Assembly (NCBI GenBank): GCA_963782115.1
Contig: CAWAIK010000002.1
Location: 1 to 64,000 of the forward strand
Reading direction: 5' to 3'
DNA: 64,000 bases
Source: an uncultured Verrucomicrobiae bacterium
GTDB taxonomy: Bacteria > Verrucomicrobiota > Verrucomicrobiia > Chthoniobacterales > JAFAMB01
Shown here: one piece after another, positions 1 through 10,939 of the stretch
Position numbering within the stretch: position 1 is the stretch's first letter
Layout: every line of letters starts with the position of its first letter
Notes under the pieces: generated by a model
What the model was told of the DNA's origin: nothing
Seen by the model: only the letters and a program-made list of their open reading frames with translations
Databases searched by the model: none
Position numbers and translations under genes: made by a program

Positions 1-303
1 AACTACGAGTTAGACGACCCAAATCTGCAAGCTAGCTTAGGTCCGGTTTGTACCAGATTGGAAATTGCAATGCGAGTTATTTGATTGCTCGGGGCGGGCA
101 GGAGGCGTAAGTTTAGTCTTTTAAAGCGACTGTGGATTGCAATTAAATCGTAGACTGGATCCGATGGCTGGCGGCGCAAGCAATCGATCAGCGTAGACTC
201 CAATTGCAGCGTCACCTGCAGGGAAGCGCTCAACGGTGCAGGTTTGACACGTGACTAGTGGCGGAGCACCACTGCGCAATACCTACAGTGACCTTCGTCG
301 CCA

Positions 304-1013
304 TTGCGTCCGCGGACGACGATCATCCAGCCAAGGTCCTGCCGACAGCAGAGGCAATGCTGCCGTAGCGGCTCGCCAAAATGCTCTGGACAGTGGGTCA
401 CGAAGTTCAAGATTCACTCGCCCTATATCCTCCACCTTGCTACGCATGCCTTTTTCGAGCCCGAACAGAAAGTCGATACCGAGATCAGAGCCCAACCACC
501 TCCCGGCTCTCAGACTAATCTCACGAACTCAAAGTTCCTTGAGAATCCGATGCACCGCAACGGACTAGCTTTAGCCGGAGCACAAGCCACAATCGAAGCG
601 TGGAAACGAGGTGAAGCGCCTTCCATAGAAGAAGATGGCACTCTGACCGCCGAGGACGTCAGTACCCTTGATCTCAAGTCAAGGGCACCTGGTTAGTGAC
701 CTTATCGGCCTGTGACACTGGTTCCGGCGAAGCCAGAGCTGGCGAGGGCGTGATGGGGCTGCGGCGTGGTTTCGTTGAAGCCGGAGCGCAGAATCTGCTC
801 ATAACCCTTTGGCCGATCCGCGACCAGGCCACGGTGCAGATTATGACCGACCTCTACGAAACCGTCCATACGGATGGCAAACCTTTATTGGCGCTGACTG
901 AAGTCCAACGTAACTGGTTGTTAAAACTTCGCGAAGAGCATGGCTTAGTCCAGGCCGTAGGGCTCGCCGGCCCATTCATTATCAGCGTCCAAGGCAAACA
1001 AGGCGAACCGTAA
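304..1013 (+). pseudogene. CHAT-domain (caspase-like) protein, C-terminal part, frameshifted
   Basis: ILHLATHAFF, LALAGA, DGTLTAEDV, then LVTLSACDTG..GEGVMGLRRGF..AGAQNLLITLW. The frame breaks at a TCAAG tandem duplication (674-683). Confidence 0.8.
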
Positions 1014-1666
1014 GCCGTTACGGAGTATTCGACGTCAGTAAAGTAGCTTTTGCTCGTTCCGCCGCTCTTCGATTGCGCCTTCCGCCGCAACGGTGCTTTC
1101 CCTGGACCTCGGGTTCCAGCAGATGAAGGGCCCTTTCCCGAGCGTCTGTCGGCGAATGCTGACGCAATGCCGCTCGCCACCGGCAAAGCCACGGAAGCTG
1201 TCGAAATGAAAACCAAAAGCAAATGCTTTGTCCGTTCTAATTGATCCGTTTGAGATTCCATGAGTGTCGAAACTGCGCCTGCACCGTACTTTTGGTAATA
1301 CGCTATTCTTCCGCCTGCGCGATCCACACTTTCTTTAGCGCGCCCGTCCAGCCACACTGGGAAAAATACCGCTGAATGACCTGCTGATTGAAATGCACAT
1401 TGGTCCAAGATAATCCAGTACGCGCAGAGCGAACCCCATCCGATAAACCCAAAAACAATTATTAGGGCTGCGAGCGTCTTTTTATTTCCTCGCCTAACAC
1501 ACTCTTTTATCAGCAGAACCAATCCAAACGCAACGAACCCACAAGCTGCGGCGATAATTCCATACGGCTTTCTTAGCTCTTCTGGTGTTCCGAAGCCGTT
1601 AAGGATCACGGCAATACCCGGTAATACACCGGTAATTAAGCTCACCCAGGTAAATATCTTCTTCAT
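854..1666 (-). CDS. hypothetical membrane protein (about 4 TM segments)
   Basis: 270 aa ORF with hydrophobic segments; start overlaps the upstream stop; partial paralog at ~3200-3460. Confidence 0.65.
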   Translation of the reverse strand: MKKIFTWVSLITGVLPGIAVILNGFGTPEELRKPYGIIAAACGFVAFGLVLLIKECVRRGNKKTLAALIIVFGFIGWGSLCAYWIILDQCAFQSAGHSAVFFPVWLDGRAKESVDRAGGRIAYYQKYGAGAVSTLMESQTDQLERTKHLLLVFISTASVALPVASGIASAFADRRSGKGPSSAGTRGPGKAPLRRKAQSKSGGTSKSYFTDVEYSVTAYGSPCLPWTLIMNGPASPTAWTKPCSSRSFNNQLRWTSVSANKGLPSVWTVS

Positions 1667-2889
1667 TTCTGCTCAAATGAAACCGATGCGGAGTTATCGC
1701 CAAGGAGAAGTTTCAACGATATGCGCTTCAGATTTTCTCTTAAAAGAAAAATCGCGACGTAATTTTGCTCAATGACTTGTTTATCGAGAGCGGTTTCACC
1801 CTCCCAAAAATCGAAGCGCTTTTTCAAGTAATCCCTAAGCTCTACATCGTTAAATTTGGACGGCGGCGCCTGCCCATTGTCGCCCATGTCCCAAATGTAG
1901 CTTGGAACAAGATAGACATCGGCCTTAGCGGGCGCAGAAGAGAGCTTCAGTGAACACAGCGGAAAACCGGTAGCTCCCCGTTCTATCCCCACCGGCTTCT
2001 TTGATTTAAAAATTGCGGCTTATTCTCTTTGCTTATGTACAACTCAGAGCCATCAACCGGATCGCTTACTAAGGCGAGACCTCCAGCGAACTCATCCGCA
2101 AAGATCGGATACCAGTTCGGAATTCGCATCTCGCCACTCTGATCGACGTAGCCCCAACGCCTGTTTACGCGCACCGCGGCTAAACCTTCCGCAAATGGCC
2201 TAGCTTCCTCGAACATGGGCTTGATAACATATTTCCCGGAATGATCGATGAATCCGTATTCGCCGTCTGCTTGCTCCTGCACCGCAGCTAAATTGTCGCT
2301 GAAGTTGTGCGCGTTTACGAAGTCGCCATCGAACGCCTTTTTCCCCTCGCGAGTAATAAAGCACCATTTCCCATTAATCTTTACGGCTGCAAGTTTCACG
2401 CTGAAATTATTTGCATCCTCAAATCCAGAGAGACCATCCACGGGATTTCCAGTCTGGTCGATGAAAAACCAGTCCTTTCCGGCTCTAACCGGTGCTACGC
2501 CTTCCGAAAATCGACGCGCTTGGAAGAACTGGGGGGGATTAGTAGTTTCCCTGCTCCATCAATATATTATACCCCCAGCCTCCTTTAAGATGAACCGCTG
2601 CAAGTCCGTTAGAAAAGTTGTCTGCACCCCAAAAGCGAGACTCGATTTTCGCGTTACCCTCGGAGTCGATAAATCCCCAATCTCCGTTTACAAGGACAGG
2701 TCCGAGCCCTTCGGTAAATGGTTTCACGAGACCATACTTCGGAGCGATCACCAGCTTGCCGGATTTATCGGCGAAGCCATAATGGTCATCACGTTCGATA
2801 ATATAAAGATTCTGACCGCAAAGCACGTTGGTCAACATAGCGCATAATGCTGACACAAGCAGAACGGTGCTTGCGGGTGCCTGAATCAC
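1663..2889 (-). pseudogene. WG-repeat (KWG-type) secreted protein with C-terminal extension, split over several frames
   Basis: Repeated YGFADKSGK / WGFIDSEG / YGFIDHSGKYVIKP..F.EGLAAV units across ORFs 2539-2889, 2248-2550 region, 1983-2441 and 1663-1992; N-terminal signal-like segment. Confidence 0.75.
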
Positions 2890-3199
2890 AGGAAGCGATT
2901 GTCGTTTAGTCGACTTGGAATATTCGCAATCTACCCAACTAGTAGCTTGCTTTAGACTAGCGCCAAGTCAAAGAATCTCATATCACCCGTTCGGGTTAGA
3001 AAAGGTTTTATATGTCGCGGGTCTCCAAAGTCAATCATTGAACTCTTGTCGACGCGCATAGCTTACTCCTGGTCAGAAAAGGGGCAGGCTCGGCGTGGTG
3101 GCGGATTCGGTTTACTAATCTCTCCACGGAGTCGAGGCTCCCTGACATGCCACCAAACAAATCACCCGAGCCATGCTAGCTAGCTCAGCTATTGGGCAC

Positions 3200-3458
3200 A
3201 GAAGGGGCCAAACAAACCCTTTGGAATCATCGCCGCGGCGTGTGGATTTGTAGCGTTTGGGATAGTGGCACTTACGAAGGAAACGGTGAACCGGGGTAAT
3301 AGGAGGGTCCTGGCGGGGCTCATCATTGCTTCGACGCTGATCGGATCGGCTTCGCTTTGCGTTTACTGGATCGTCTTGGACCAGTGCGTCTTCGAATCGC
3401 CGCGGCGTTCAAGTGTGTTTTTCCACTGGCTGGAGGACCGGGCAAGACTTTGCTTGGG
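3200..3458 (+). pseudogene. truncated paralog of the 854-1666 membrane protein
   Basis: PFGIIAAACGFVAFG..RGNRRVLAGLII..SLCVYWIVLDQC matches PYGIIAAACGFVAFG..RGNKKTLAALII..SLCAYWIILDQC. Confidence 0.75.
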
Positions 3459-3740
3459 CGATCGCGGCAGGTGCTGCATTTGGGTGAACTGAACACCACC
3501 CAGCTTGAGCGCTGGCAGCGAACGATCGAAGTGGTCCAAGAAGATGGGCGGCGTCATAGACGCGACTCTTCAGTGATCGGCACGGAGAGGTGGCGGCGAC
3601 GGCGGCCCCCGAAGATGTAGCCGAGGTGCTTCTCTCCAGCCTGGTGGTGCGGCGGCCGCGGCAATTTGGAGCCTGCTGGGTAGGATGCAAGTTGTGGGAG
3701 GAGCTCGGACTGGGAGAGTTCTGGCACAAAGCTCCCGACC
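3459..3740 (+). mobile_element. IS1634-family transposase N-terminal remnant
   Basis: RQVLHLGELNTTQLERWQRTIEV and VLLSSLVVRRPRQFGACWVGCKLWEELGL..FW. Confidence 0.65.
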
Positions 3741-3744
3741 CACA

Positions 3745-4035
3745 CTGCGGCCATTCCACCTGCTCGGCCAAACCCGTATTAACGAAATATTGGCGAACGT
3801 CATCCATCCGATGTTGGCTGCTACGAACCAGTCCGATTGGGAATCGTACAAAAGAAGAATCCGAGCAGAATTAAGCAACCGGCGACTGATGATCGTATGC
3901 CAGCGCCTCTTCGGCGAGACCGATCGAGCCAGGGAACATGCCCGTTTCCTTTATCAGCAACAGGGGCTCCTGCAGATTTTCGAAGATTTTTGCCTGGCAG
4001 ATACAACGAATTGCGCCGGTTGTCGATTTCCCTGA
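3745..4035 (+). pseudogene. DUF2851-like protein C-terminal fragment
   Basis: LGQTRINEILANV..QQGLLQIFEDFC....C..C.FP; N-terminus absent, replaced by the IS remnant. Confidence 0.55.
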
Positions 4036-4078
4036 TATTGTCGCTAAACTGTCTACCGATGCAGGTTGAATGAAATAG

Positions 4079-4116
4079 AAAGCGCCAGAGAAACCGAAAG
4101 GTTGTCTCCGGCGCTT
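4079..4116. terminator. hairpin between convergent genes (likely bidirectional terminator)
   Basis: AAGCGCC-AGAGA-AACC-gaaa-GGTT-GTCTC-C-GGCGCTT imperfect inverted repeat. Confidence 0.55.
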
Positions 4117-4135
4117 CCCCCCCGAAATAATTGGG

Positions 4136-7100
4136 CTAGCTGCACCCCTGCGATGTTCCGCACTCTGTGCAAACACCGCACGCTCCGGCACGAATAACCT
4201 TCGTGCTGCCACAATTCGAGCAACTCATCCCGATATACATATTTCCCAAAGCCGCGCGAACCCGGTCGGCATGCGTCTTCGATAAACCGTTCCCATTCGT
4301 CACAGATCCCACCGTACCTTCCGAATTCGATCGGTTGGTGATGACGTCGATAATCTCTCTCTCAGCCGTCCGTGGCAGTTCCGCGACAGGACGATTGATC
4401 GCTCTCTTGTCGATATCCGCGATCTCTTTCATCGGCAGATCAAGCTGTGACCGACTCGGCGATGTCGCTTCCTTGTAGCCTTTGATGAACTGGCACCCGA
4501 GCCACCGAAAGATGTAATCCGTGATACTCGTCGCATTGCGGATATCTGGATTTTTCGTGAATCCACTTGGCTCGAACCGTTGATAGGCGAACTTTTTCAC
4601 CAAGCTCTCGAGAGGCACCCCGTACTGCAGAGCAAGCGATGTCAAAGTCGCTACCGTATCCATCAGTCCGCCAATGGTACTTCCCTCCTTCGCCATTTGG
4701 ATAAACAACTCTCCGGGCTGACCGCTCTCGTACAATCCAACGGTGATATACCCTTCATGACCGGCGATCTCAAATTTGTGGGTGAGCGATACCCGTGTGT
4801 CCGGCATACGACTCCGGGAGGGTTGCTCGACTTCCGCCTGCAGCGTCCGAACCTCTTTTTCAAGATCCGCGATTCGGCGCTGCATCGTTTCCGTCTCAGG
4901 AGCCGCCTCCGCAACCTCTTCGGCACCCATGTCCTTCGTCTTTTTGGTATTCAGCGGGGCAGAGCGCTTCGACCCATCACGGTAGATCGCCACGGCCTTC
5001 AGCCCAAGCCGCCAGCCTTCGATATAGGTGTTCATGATCTCTTCGGCCGTCGCGCCATTCGGCATATTGACAGTCTTCGAGATCGCGCCGCTCAGAAAAG
5101 GTTGGCACGCGGCCATCATGCGTAAATGCCCAAGATAATGAAGGCTCCGTTCCCCCTTGTATGGCTTGAACGCGCAATCGAAGACCGGAAGATGTTCCGC
5201 TTTGAGCCCGCTCTTGAGGACGGTCTGACTTTCAAGAACCGTCACATCTTCGATCGTGTCCTGTTCATTGATGTGCACCAGAATCCGCTCGGTTTGCTCC
5301 GGGGCATAACCCAGTTTTTCCAGGCCCGCCCGCACCGTCTGATTGACAATCTTGAGCATGCCTCCGCCGGCAAGAAGCTTGTATTTTACCAGCGCAATGT
5401 CCGGTTCAATGCCTGTCGTGTCGCAATCCATCAGGAACCCGATCGTCCCGGTGGGCGCCAGAACAGTCACTTGCGCATTTCTGTATCCGTTCTTTGTGCC
5501 CGCACGAATCGCGTTATTCCAAACCTCCTTCGCTTCTTCCTTGAGAAACCCAAACTCCACCGAGTCCTCTATTTGGTCGCAATATTGCCGATGCAATCGT
5601 ATGACCTCCTGCATCGAGTCCACGTTATCTGCTGCCACCGTCCGTGTGAACCCGGTTGCTCTCGAATCTCGGTATCCGGGAAACGGCCCCATCGTGCCGG
5701 CCGTCCGAGCGCTCTGGAGGTACGCTTCACCGGTCATGATCGCAGTAATTGAACCAGCCAATGCCCTTGCTTCATCCGAATCATACCCGTGCCCGTAACT
5801 CATTACCAGCGCACCCAGGTTGGCAAAACCAAGGCCAAGTGTCCGGAAAATATGACTGTTCTCGGCAATCTCTTTTGTCGGATAACTTGCGTTATCCACG
5901 AGGATCTCCTGGGCAGTAATAAACACACGGACCGCCGCTTTGAACTTCTCGACATCGAATCCGCCGTCGGGTCGCTTAAACTTCATTAAGTTCAGCGAAG
6001 CGAGGTTGCACGCAGTGTTATCCAGAAACAGATATTCTGAACATGGGTTCGTCGAATTTTGTCTGCCGGTCCCTTTGCACGTGTGCCAGCGGTGGATCGT
6101 CGAATCAAATTGCATGCCTGGATCACCACAGACATACGTCCCTTCGGCAATTTTTCGCAGCAGGCTGCGCGCCTCCTTCTTCTCACATGATTTTCCACTC
6201 ACTACATTGCGCGTCCACCATTCGTTGCCGTCGATCGCGGCCTGCATGAATTCGTCGCTCACGCGTACCGACAGGTTTTCGTTCTGGTACATGATCGATC
6301 CGTACGCGTCGCCATTGTAACTGCCGTCGTACCCCTGCTCGATCAGCGCCCAGGCCTTCTTTTCTTCCTTGGCTTTGGCCTCGATGAATTCCTCGATATC
6401 CGGATGCCAATCCTTGAGCGTATTCATCTTGGCCGCGCGCCGGGTCTTGCCACCGCTCTTCACCACGTTCGCCACCTGATCGTAAACCCTCAGGAAAGAT
6501 AGCGGGCCACTGGGACGTCCACCACCACTGAGCTTTTCGCGTGTACTTCGCAAGGTTGACAGATCCGATCCGGTCCCACTGCCATATTTGAACAGCATTG
6601 CCTCGCTGGTCGCCAAGCGCATGATGTCTTCCATCGTGTCGTCCACCGATTGGATGAAGCAGGCGGAAGCTTGCGGGTACTCGTACTGCGTCGACGCTCG
6701 CTCCGCCTCGCCCGCATCACGATTGAAGAAGTAATTCCCTCGTCCAGATCCTTTCCCAATTCCATATTGCTGATGAAGGCCGACGTTGAACCAGACCGGG
6801 CTGTTGAATGCTCCGTGCTGATTCAGGCACAGCCAGGTAAGATCGCCGTAAAACGCTTCCGCCGAGGCATGATCGGAAAAATAACCGTCCTTGAATCCCC
6901 AATCCGAGATCGTCCGCGTCACCCGATGAATCAATTGCCGAACCGAACTTTCGCGACCGCCTGCATGCGGATCAGTGCCGTTCGCGATATCTCCGTAGAA
7001 ATATTTCGACACCGCGATCTTCGTTGCCAGCGCGCTCCAGGATTTAGGAACTTCCACATCCTCCTGGCGAAAGATTACCTTCCCGCTGTCATCCGTGATC

Positions 7101-7261
7101 TCGGCAACGCGACGCTCCCACTCTATCTCATCGAAAGGCGAACTGCATTCCTGGCTGAAAAACCGCTCAAACTTCAGACGGCTCTTCTCCTTGCGCGCAC
7201 GCGACCTCCTGACGCGCGGCTTCAAATCAATGGTTCGGACACCTGGTTTCAATTTTATCAT
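4136..7261 (-). CDS. nrdJ: vitamin B12-dependent (class II) ribonucleotide reductase
   Basis: 1041 aa; FNSPVWFN, QASACFI, TNPCSEY, LAPTGTI, GIEPD, SGAISKTVN; TSCPD-like region and terminal CxxC...CxxC. Confidence 0.95.
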   Translation of the reverse strand: MIKLKPGVRTIDLKPRVRRSRARKEKSRLKFERFFSQECSSPFDEIEWERRVAEITDDSGKVIFRQEDVEVPKSWSALATKIAVSKYFYGDIANGTDPHAGGRESSVRQLIHRVTRTISDWGFKDGYFSDHASAEAFYGDLTWLCLNQHGAFNSPVWFNVGLHQQYGIGKGSGRGNYFFNRDAGEAERASTQYEYPQASACFIQSVDDTMEDIMRLATSEAMLFKYGSGTGSDLSTLRSTREKLSGGGRPSGPLSFLRVYDQVANVVKSGGKTRRAAKMNTLKDWHPDIEEFIEAKAKEEKKAWALIEQGYDGSYNGDAYGSIMYQNENLSVRVSDEFMQAAIDGNEWWTRNVVSGKSCEKKEARSLLRKIAEGTYVCGDPGMQFDSTIHRWHTCKGTGRQNSTNPCSEYLFLDNTACNLASLNLMKFKRPDGGFDVEKFKAAVRVFITAQEILVDNASYPTKEIAENSHIFRTLGLGFANLGALVMSYGHGYDSDEARALAGSITAIMTGEAYLQSARTAGTMGPFPGYRDSRATGFTRTVAADNVDSMQEVIRLHRQYCDQIEDSVEFGFLKEEAKEVWNNAIRAGTKNGYRNAQVTVLAPTGTIGFLMDCDTTGIEPDIALVKYKLLAGGGMLKIVNQTVRAGLEKLGYAPEQTERILVHINEQDTIEDVTVLESQTVLKSGLKAEHLPVFDCAFKPYKGERSLHYLGHLRMMAACQPFLSGAISKTVNMPNGATAEEIMNTYIEGWRLGLKAVAIYRDGSKRSAPLNTKKTKDMGAEEVAEAAPETETMQRRIADLEKEVRTLQAEVEQPSRSRMPDTRVSLTHKFEIAGHEGYITVGLYESGQPGELFIQMAKEGSTIGGLMDTVATLTSLALQYGVPLESLVKKFAYQRFEPSGFTKNPDIRNATSITDYIFRWLGCQFIKGYKEATSPSRSQLDLPMKEIADIDKRAINRPVAELPRTAEREIIDVITNRSNSEGTVGSVTNGNGLSKTHADRVRAALGNMYIGMSCSNCGSTKVIRAGACGVCTECGTSQGCS

Positions 7262-7375
7262 CTAGGGGCCTTCCTGAAATTTGGGTTCCCGTGAAAATAA
7301 GTTGTTAATAACTGCCCGTTTCCGGTCTAAATCCTGTGGTTAACTTGTGATTTTCCGGGGATAACTGACCCCGCA

Positions 7376-7423
7376 ACCCATTATGTAGCACAAGCGTTGG
7401 ATATTAAACACTAGATATTGTGG
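7376..7423. promoter_or_regulatory. tandem NrdR boxes upstream of nrdJ
   Basis: acccattatgtagcac (7376) and acactagatattgtgg (7408), 32 bp apart, resemble the consensus acaCwAtATaTwGtg. Confidence 0.65.
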
Positions 7424-7503
7424 GTATCAAGAAAAAAAACGGTTGCAACCGAAGAAATTTATCCACGCGAGCACTGCGTTTTTTATCGACCGCTCCCATC
7501 GCC

Positions 7504-7529
7504 AAAAAGGCGGCCGCTGCGGCCGCCTT
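7504..7529 (-). terminator. intrinsic terminator of the L,D-transpeptidase gene
   Basis: On the minus strand, an AAGGCGGCCG/CGGCCGCCTT stem followed by a T run. Confidence 0.7.
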
Positions 7530-7555
7530 CCTTCATTCCGGCTAAGACGGTCCGA

Positions 7556-8251
7556 TCAACGGGTCAAGTCGGATTTTATCTCGGCTTTGGTCGTGTTTGT
7601 CGCCATCAAACGGCGATCGTCGGCAAGGTCCTTAACGGCGCGGCCAATTCCTTTATCGACCACGGCAACTTCCGTACCGACGGTGATCCAGTTAAAGACC
7701 TCGATGACGTCGGTGGAACGCATTCGGATGCAGCCGTAACTCGCTTTTTTGCCCAACGAGTCCTCCTCAGGCGTTCCATGGATGTAAATGCACCGGTGAA
7801 AGGCATTCTTGTTTGTGTAGTCCAGACCGCGCAACCAAATGATCCGGCTCACGATCGGATCCCGGCCAGGCGCGTTGATGGAAAGAACCTCACCCGTGTA
7901 GCGTCGCCCTTGAAAAACGCCGCCAAACGGCACCGAGGCGCCGATCTTCGTCGCGACTGCCAGACGCCCAGTTGGCGTGCACCAGCTTCCGAGAGCATCC
8001 CCTTCGCCATAGCGAGAGGTGGAAATTCTGTAGCTTTTGTACACTTTGTCATTCACCACAACCGCCAGCCTCTGTTCCGGAATGCTGACGACCAGCGCCG
8101 CTTCGAGCACCGGTGCGGGTGTTGGCGTCACAGCGACCACCGGCGGAGCCGCATTCTGCGGCGATGGAACCGGAGCCGGAGAAGGACTCTGAGCCGGGCT
8201 AAGGGCCACCGAGCCGGCCAGTAACAGCATGATTACAAAATGTCTTGCCAT
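7556..8251 (-). CDS. L,D-transpeptidase (YkuD family)
   Basis: Signal peptide, Pro-rich linker, TPTG, IYIHGT..LGKKASYGCIRM catalytic motif. Confidence 0.9.
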   Translation of the reverse strand: MARHFVIMLLLAGSVALSPAQSPSPAPVPSPQNAAPPVVAVTPTPAPVLEAALVVSIPEQRLAVVVNDKVYKSYRISTSRYGEGDALGSWCTPTGRLAVATKIGASVPFGGVFQGRRYTGEVLSINAPGRDPIVSRIIWLRGLDYTNKNAFHRCIYIHGTPEEDSLGKKASYGCIRMRSTDVIEVFNWITVGTEVAVVDKGIGRAVKDLADDRRLMATNTTKAEIKSDLTR

Positions 8252-8257
8252 CCTTTT

Positions 8258-9766
8258 TTACGCAACCGAAATGTCCCTGGGATTCCACTGAGGGCGCATC
8301 AGGCGCTGCCATAGGGAACCAAATGCTACGTAGGCAAAGCCTATTTGAAACAACATTAAAAACGGTACTGACACAAATTCCCTGTTTTGGAAAGCATGAA
8401 ATACAAAGTAGGTAAAGTAGACAGCGAAAATAAATTCAAAGAGTGGAATAACCGTCCGTACCGCAGAATAGTGGCTCTTCTGCCACTGCTGCTTCGCCCT
8501 TTCAATGCCGTATTTCGGAGTTCGACAGAAATCTGAACTGCGATTGAATATCGCTTCCAGAACCGCTCGGGCGTTGTTAATCGACAACCCAATTCCGAGT
8601 GCCAATACGAACGGGAAGAACCAGATCTCGCGTTTCCAATCTTTCGGACGTAGTTCCCTTTGAGCACAAAGATAGAAAACTGCGGTCGAAACCGTCGTGG
8701 CCACAAAGATCGGAAGATCGATCAGCAACATCCGAACGACACCGCCGGCTGCAGGCGAGCTGGCCCCGCCCGAAGATGGATGCAGCAACACGCAAAGACA
8801 TGCCAGCAACAGGTAAGCAAAGTTCGCGGTCAAATGCGCCGTCGCTTCGATCTTGATGAACAAAGGCAATTTGCTTCTCCAGATGCGCGGCAGAACCTTT
8901 TTGCATGTTTGAATGGAACCTTTGGTCCAGCGATGTTGCTGCGATTTGAACCCGTCGATGTCGACTGGCAATTCCGCCGGCGTGACAATGTCAACCAGAA
9001 ACACGAACTTCCATCCGCGCAACTGCGCGCGATAACTCAGATCGAGGTCCTCCGTCAGGGTATCATGCTGCCAGCCGCCTGATTCGCCAATGCAGCGCTT
9101 CCGCCAGAGACCGGCTGTCCCATTGAAATTGAAGAACCGGCCCGTTCGACTCCTGGCGGTCTGTTCCAGTACCAGATGTCCATCAAGCAGAATCGCTTGA
9201 GCGCGCGTCAACCAGGAGTATGACCGATTGATGTGACCCCACCTCGTCTGAATCATCCCCACCCTTGGATCAGCGAAATGGTGGATGCTTTCCCTGAGGA
9301 TGTTGCGCGGAGGCACAAAGTCGGCATCCAAAATGAAGAAAAAATCTCCCTTCGCCTTTTTGAACCCGTAATCCAGTGCGCCCGCTTTGAATCCCACACG
9401 ATCCTCTCGGTGCAGAACAACCGCGTCAAAGCCGCGCGCCTGGAGCTTCGCAACCGCACGTTCAGTTAACTCCCGAGTCTCGTCGGTCGAATCATCCAAC
9501 ACCTGGATCTCCAATTTGTTCTTCGGATAATCGAGCTGGCTGATGGCTTTCAACAACCGTTCGATCACGTGGATTTCGTTGTAAATGGGGAGCTGGACCG
9601 TGACGACCGGCAGGGAATTGAATTTCGACGCAGCGGCAGGTTTTCGGTGACGATTTTTGAAGTAGAGATAAATAATAGAATATCGATGAATACCATACGC
9701 TGACAACCCCAAAACCACGAAGAAATAGCAAATACTCCAAAGCAACGTCCCGACGTGTCCATGCAT
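8258..9766 (-). CDS. GT2 glycosyltransferase, cellulose-synthase-like
   Basis: QLPIYNE, DDSTD, FKAGAL, DADF, TEDLDLS, QQHRW; C-terminal TM helices. Confidence 0.9.
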   Translation of the reverse strand: MHGHVGTLLWSICYFFVVLGLSAYGIHRYSIIYLYFKNRHRKPAAASKFNSLPVVTVQLPIYNEIHVIERLLKAISQLDYPKNKLEIQVLDDSTDETRELTERAVAKLQARGFDAVVLHREDRVGFKAGALDYGFKKAKGDFFFILDADFVPPRNILRESIHHFADPRVGMIQTRWGHINRSYSWLTRAQAILLDGHLVLEQTARSRTGRFFNFNGTAGLWRKRCIGESGGWQHDTLTEDLDLSYRAQLRGWKFVFLVDIVTPAELPVDIDGFKSQQHRWTKGSIQTCKKVLPRIWRSKLPLFIKIEATAHLTANFAYLLLACLCVLLHPSSGGASSPAAGGVVRMLLIDLPIFVATTVSTAVFYLCAQRELRPKDWKREIWFFPFVLALGIGLSINNARAVLEAIFNRSSDFCRTPKYGIERAKQQWQKSHYSAVRTVIPLFEFIFAVYFTYFVFHAFQNREFVSVPFLMLFQIGFAYVAFGSLWQRLMRPQWNPRDISVA

Positions 9767-9909
9767 ATTAGTTAGTGATTATCAGAGGGTTAAGGCCCGA
9801 AAATCCCCGCGTCATGATGCCCCTTTGACTCCGATGGTCAAGAGGAAATCCTCAGCACAACATCTCTGGTCAGGCGTCGATAAAGACGATATCTTTCCAC
9901 GAAACACGG

Positions 9910-10752
9910 ATGCCTGTCGAATTGTTGCGCTCGATTTCTACCAGCCTTTTTATCGGTTTGACTTTGGCTTTTGCCCAACTCCTTGAAGCCCAGGACGACT
10001 CCGATATCTCGACCGATTCTCATTTCCGGGAGGAACTCGGAGTTAATCAATACACCGCTCCCTCGATCGAACAATTGTTCAACACCTTGGATTCGCTTAA
10101 GCCAATTCCCATCCGTGAGCTGACACGTCCACCGCGCGCCCTTCGCCTCGACAACCGAGTGAAATTTGCCCTGAGCTTTGGCGTTCTGATCGGTGACGGG
10201 TTCCTCGCTGTGGAAGGGGAAGAGACCAAGGCCATCGAACCACTCGGCCGCGAACTGCTCCGTCGAGCAAAAGGACTTGGCGTCCAGCAGCGCGTAAGCC
10301 GGCACAGCAAACAACTTCTCGATCTGGCCAAGCAATTGGATTGGAGCGGACTTCGCAAAGAGCTGATTGTTACACAAAAGGATGTCGAAACGGCCATGCT
10401 CGATTTGCGCGACGAAGAAATGGTCCATCTTCTCAGCCTCGGCGGCTGGATCCGCGGTCTGGAGATAGGTGCCGCTAGTGTGGCGGCTGACTTTTCGCCG
10501 GAGCGCGCTACGAAGCTGCGCCAGCTGGACCTGCTCGATTATTACCTGCAGCGGTTGGATACGCTCTCGACCCCTTTGAAATCCACTCCACTCATCTCGC
10601 AGATTATCTCGGGCCTCAAAGACGTTCGCCAGAGGCTTGCTGGCACCGTCGTCTCGCAGGAAGATGTATCGGGAATTCAGACGACCGCGCACAACCTGAT
10701 CGCACTGATCGAAGACGGTACCTCCACCGCCGCCGCAAGCCGAGCGGATTAG
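9910..10752 (+). CDS. hypothetical exported alpha-helical protein
   Basis: 280 aa ORF with signal-like N-terminus. Confidence 0.65.
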   Translation: MPVELLRSISTSLFIGLTLAFAQLLEAQDDSDISTDSHFREELGVNQYTAPSIEQLFNTLDSLKPIPIRELTRPPRALRLDNRVKFALSFGVLIGDGFLAVEGEETKAIEPLGRELLRRAKGLGVQQRVSRHSKQLLDLAKQLDWSGLRKELIVTQKDVETAMLDLRDEEMVHLLSLGGWIRGLEIGAASVAADFSPERATKLRQLDLLDYYLQRLDTLSTPLKSTPLISQIISGLKDVRQRLAGTVVSQEDVSGIQTTAHNLIALIEDGTSTAAASRAD

Positions 10753-10939
10753 GATAGGCGAAGCATCGGCGCATCGTACTCCACCTCGAGCGTCGAATGC
10801 TATTATAGAAGCAGTCGGCGCCAAGAGTAAACGGTGAACGAACGGACTACGCAGCTGTAGTTGCACACCCCGCAGAGTCGAGGACGAGAACGATTGGCGA
10901 TCGGGGAAAGTCGAGGACTCCAGAGAGCCATCTTCAACC

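Noticed and set aside
7262..7500. cobalamin riboswitch upstream of nrdJ
   Set aside because: No B12-box or GGGAA/GCCACTG elements found.
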